Assembly (NCBI GenBank): GCA_963814975.1
Contig: CAWFFB010000020.1
Location: 29,202-93,201, forward strand
Length of the DNA stretch: 64,000 bases
Reading direction: 5' to 3'
Origin: an uncultured Acidobacteriota bacterium
Lineage (GTDB): Bacteria; Acidobacteriota; Vicinamibacteria; Vicinamibacterales; CAVVIG01
Below the pieces are notes generated by a model that saw only the letters and a list, made by a program, of their open reading frames with translations, searched no databases and was not told where the DNA came from. The translations under genes were made by a program, and so were the position numbers. Below, piece after piece: positions 62,185-64,000 of the stretch. Numbering within the stretch: the stretch's first letter is position 1; each line of letters begins with the position of its first letter.

Positions 62185-62235
62185 CGTTCCCCGGCGGGCA
62201 GGCCTAAAGTTCCGCATGACCTTCGAGTGCGAAAG

Positions 62236-62366
62236 GGGCTGCGAGCAGCCCTCCCGCCTTCGCTCGAGCTGTGAGCGGGCACTGGCGAGGCTCGCTGTCC
62301 GCCTTCGTTCGCCGATACTTCTGACGCACTTCGGCGTGACCTCGCCGAAGCCTTGGCTGAGGCGGG
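62236..62366. repeat. REP/MITE-like GC-rich palindromic element
   Basis: CCGCCTTCG twice (62254, 62299), hairpin CTTCGGC/GCCGAAG (62329-62350), closing GAGGCGG (62359-62365) and hairpin GGGCTGC/GCAGCCC (62236-62251). Confidence 0.6.
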
Positions 62367-62394
62367 AAGCGGGGAAAGCGGGGCGCCGGTCGGC

Positions 62395-64000
62395 TCATGC
62401 GAGAAACGCCCACGAGAGCAGCGCGTCCTGCAGCCAGATCATCCACTTGAGCGACCATCTGGCGGCTGCCGATCGTCCCTGAGGCGCCAACGATTTCGAG
62501 TTGTTCGTGTAGTCGACGTCGAGGAGCAGCACGCGCTCCGGATCGACCTGGCCCGAAACCGCCTGCGATTCACTGGTGTAGGTGTAACGGTTCCACCGGC
62601 CGCGCCCGTCCCAGTGCTCCCGGATCTGCTTGCCGTCCTTGAACGTCACAACCACGTCGACCGGGAAAATCGCCTCGCCATAACGGCGGACGACGACGGT
62701 CGTTCGGAACCGGTGGTCTTCCTCGACGCTCTTGAGATCCTGGACGCCGTAGTCGAACACGTTCGAGGTCCGATAGACCTGTTCGAAAAACCAGTCGAGG
62801 CTGGTGCCAGCGACTTCGTTGGCGACGTCGAAGAAGTCCTCCGGCTTCGGATGCTTGAACCGCCAGCGGGAATAGAACGTCTGGAGAATGCGTTGCAACG
62901 TTTCCCAGCCGAGCCGGCGTTCCAGCGTATTCAGCCACAACGCGGTCTTGTTGTACGAAATGACGCGTCCAGACACAGGATTGAACCGATAGGCCGCATC
63001 AGCGAGGACGTCGCTCTTCGCCTCTCGCCGGTATCCCGGAAGCCGGTTCCAGAACGTTTCCCGCCTCAGCCAGACATCCCGAAACACCCACGGAACAAAA
63101 CCGCCGAAGAAGTACCGCTCGTCATAGGTCCGCGGAGAGTCCTGTTCAATCGCGCGCGCGGTGGCGTAGGTATTGATCCCCTCGTCGAGCCAGGCATACT
63201 CGAACTCGTTGTTGCCGACGATGCCGTACCACCACTGGTGCCCGGTTTCGTGGATGACGACTTCCTCCGGACCGCTGGACGTCACCTCGCGAGGCAGCAG
63301 CCATCTGGTCCCCGCTGTAATGAGCGTGGGGTACTCCATGCCATCCACATCGCTCTGGTAGGCCGGATCGACGATGGTGAGGTGGCCGTATGGATAGGGA
63401 CCGAACCATTCACCGTAGTACTTGAGCGCGGTGCGTGCCGCGTTGAGGTGACGCTCCGCCTGGTCGCTGTGCTCCGGTTGAAGAAGGAGTCGCAGCGCGA
63501 CTGGCGGGAGGGTCGGATGTTCGAAGCGAGCGGTTCGCTCCAGGTACTCCGGGCTCGTCGTCCATGCGAAGTCGTGAACGTCTTCCTGGTAGTACTGGTG
63601 GGTGGTGGTGCGGTCCGCGTTGTCCGAGATGTTGCGACGGACACCGGTGGCGCCAACCGGCCAGCCGCGCGGCACGGTGAGCCGCACATCGTAGACGCCG
63701 TAATCGGAAAAGAACTCGGTGCTCGAGTGGAACTGGTGGCAGTTCCACCCCTGTTCCTCGAGAACGCCGAGCTTCGGAAACCACTGGGCGATGAAAAAGA
63801 AGTTTCCGATGGCGCCGGTGCGCGCGAAGGTCCGCGGCACCCGTGCCGTCCATGTCAGCTCGATCGTCAGGGTCCCGCCGGGCGGCACCGGCTCTGGCAG
63901 AGGCACCGCCATCACGGTCTCGTCGTCGGGATTGCCGTCGTCTGGCGCGATAAAGCGTTTCGCCGATGTGAGATCGAGCGGCGCTTCGGCACCCAAGCTC
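62395..64000 (-). CDS. M1 family metallopeptidase (5' end outside the window)
   Basis: Motifs QWFPK, GMEYPT, IHETGHQWW and WLDEGIN (HExxH-x18-E). Confidence 0.93.
   Translation of the reverse strand, partial: SLGAEAPLDLTSAKRFIAPDDGNPDDETVMAVPLPEPVPPGGTLTIELTWTARVPRTFARTGAIGNFFFIAQWFPKLGVLEEQGWNCHQFHSSTEFFSDYGVYDVRLTVPRGWPVGATGVRRNISDNADRTTTHQYYQEDVHDFAWTTSPEYLERTARFEHPTLPPVALRLLLQPEHSDQAERHLNAARTALKYYGEWFGPYPYGHLTIVDPAYQSDVDGMEYPTLITAGTRWLLPREVTSSGPEEVVIHETGHQWWYGIVGNNEFEYAWLDEGINTYATARAIEQDSPRTYDERYFFGGFVPWVFRDVWLRRETFWNRLPGYRREAKSDVLADAAYRFNPVSGRVISYNKTALWLNTLERRLGWETLQRILQTFYSRWRFKHPKPEDFFDVANEVAGTSLDWFFEQVYRTSNVFDYGVQDLKSVEEDHRFRTTVVVRRYGEAIFPVDVVVTFKDGKQIREHWDGRGRWNRYTYTSESQAVSGQVDPERVLLLDVDYTNNSKSLAPQGRSAAARWSLKWMIWLQDALLSWAFLA

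Overview
GC-rich bacterial chromosome segment. Gene content and style suggest Acidobacteriota, Vicinamibacterales-like (inference, no search run). It is mostly housekeeping: nucleoside salvage (pdp, purine nucleoside phosphorylase, cdd, mtnA), tsaD, a four-gene ABC-2 transporter, thiolase and hbd, folE, aceE-aceF-lpdA, cca, tkt, an ftsH paralogue and M13/M16/M1 peptidases. I see no tRNA, rRNA, CRISPR array, transposase or prophage. Many conserved genes carry single-base frameshifts, probably long-read indel errors, so pseudogene calls are unreliable. Main leads: (1) a four-helix-bundle (23S-IVS/Avd-like) gene sits antisense inside an operon, bracketed by inverted arrays of an 8-9 bp repeat, and more than a dozen gene-less intergenic elements share the periodic, often inverted design; this may be an undescribed mobile or RNA-processing system; (2) a tetraether-synthase (Tes/MJ0619)-like radical SAM protein with altered cysteine motifs; (3) a cytidine deaminase fused to an ABM-like domain through a DRR/ERR-repeat linker; (4) a HEAT/HD-GYP module with a miniature HD-GYP paralogue lacking the catalytic domain; (5) an unannotated ~180-nt rod-like RNA, possibly 6S.
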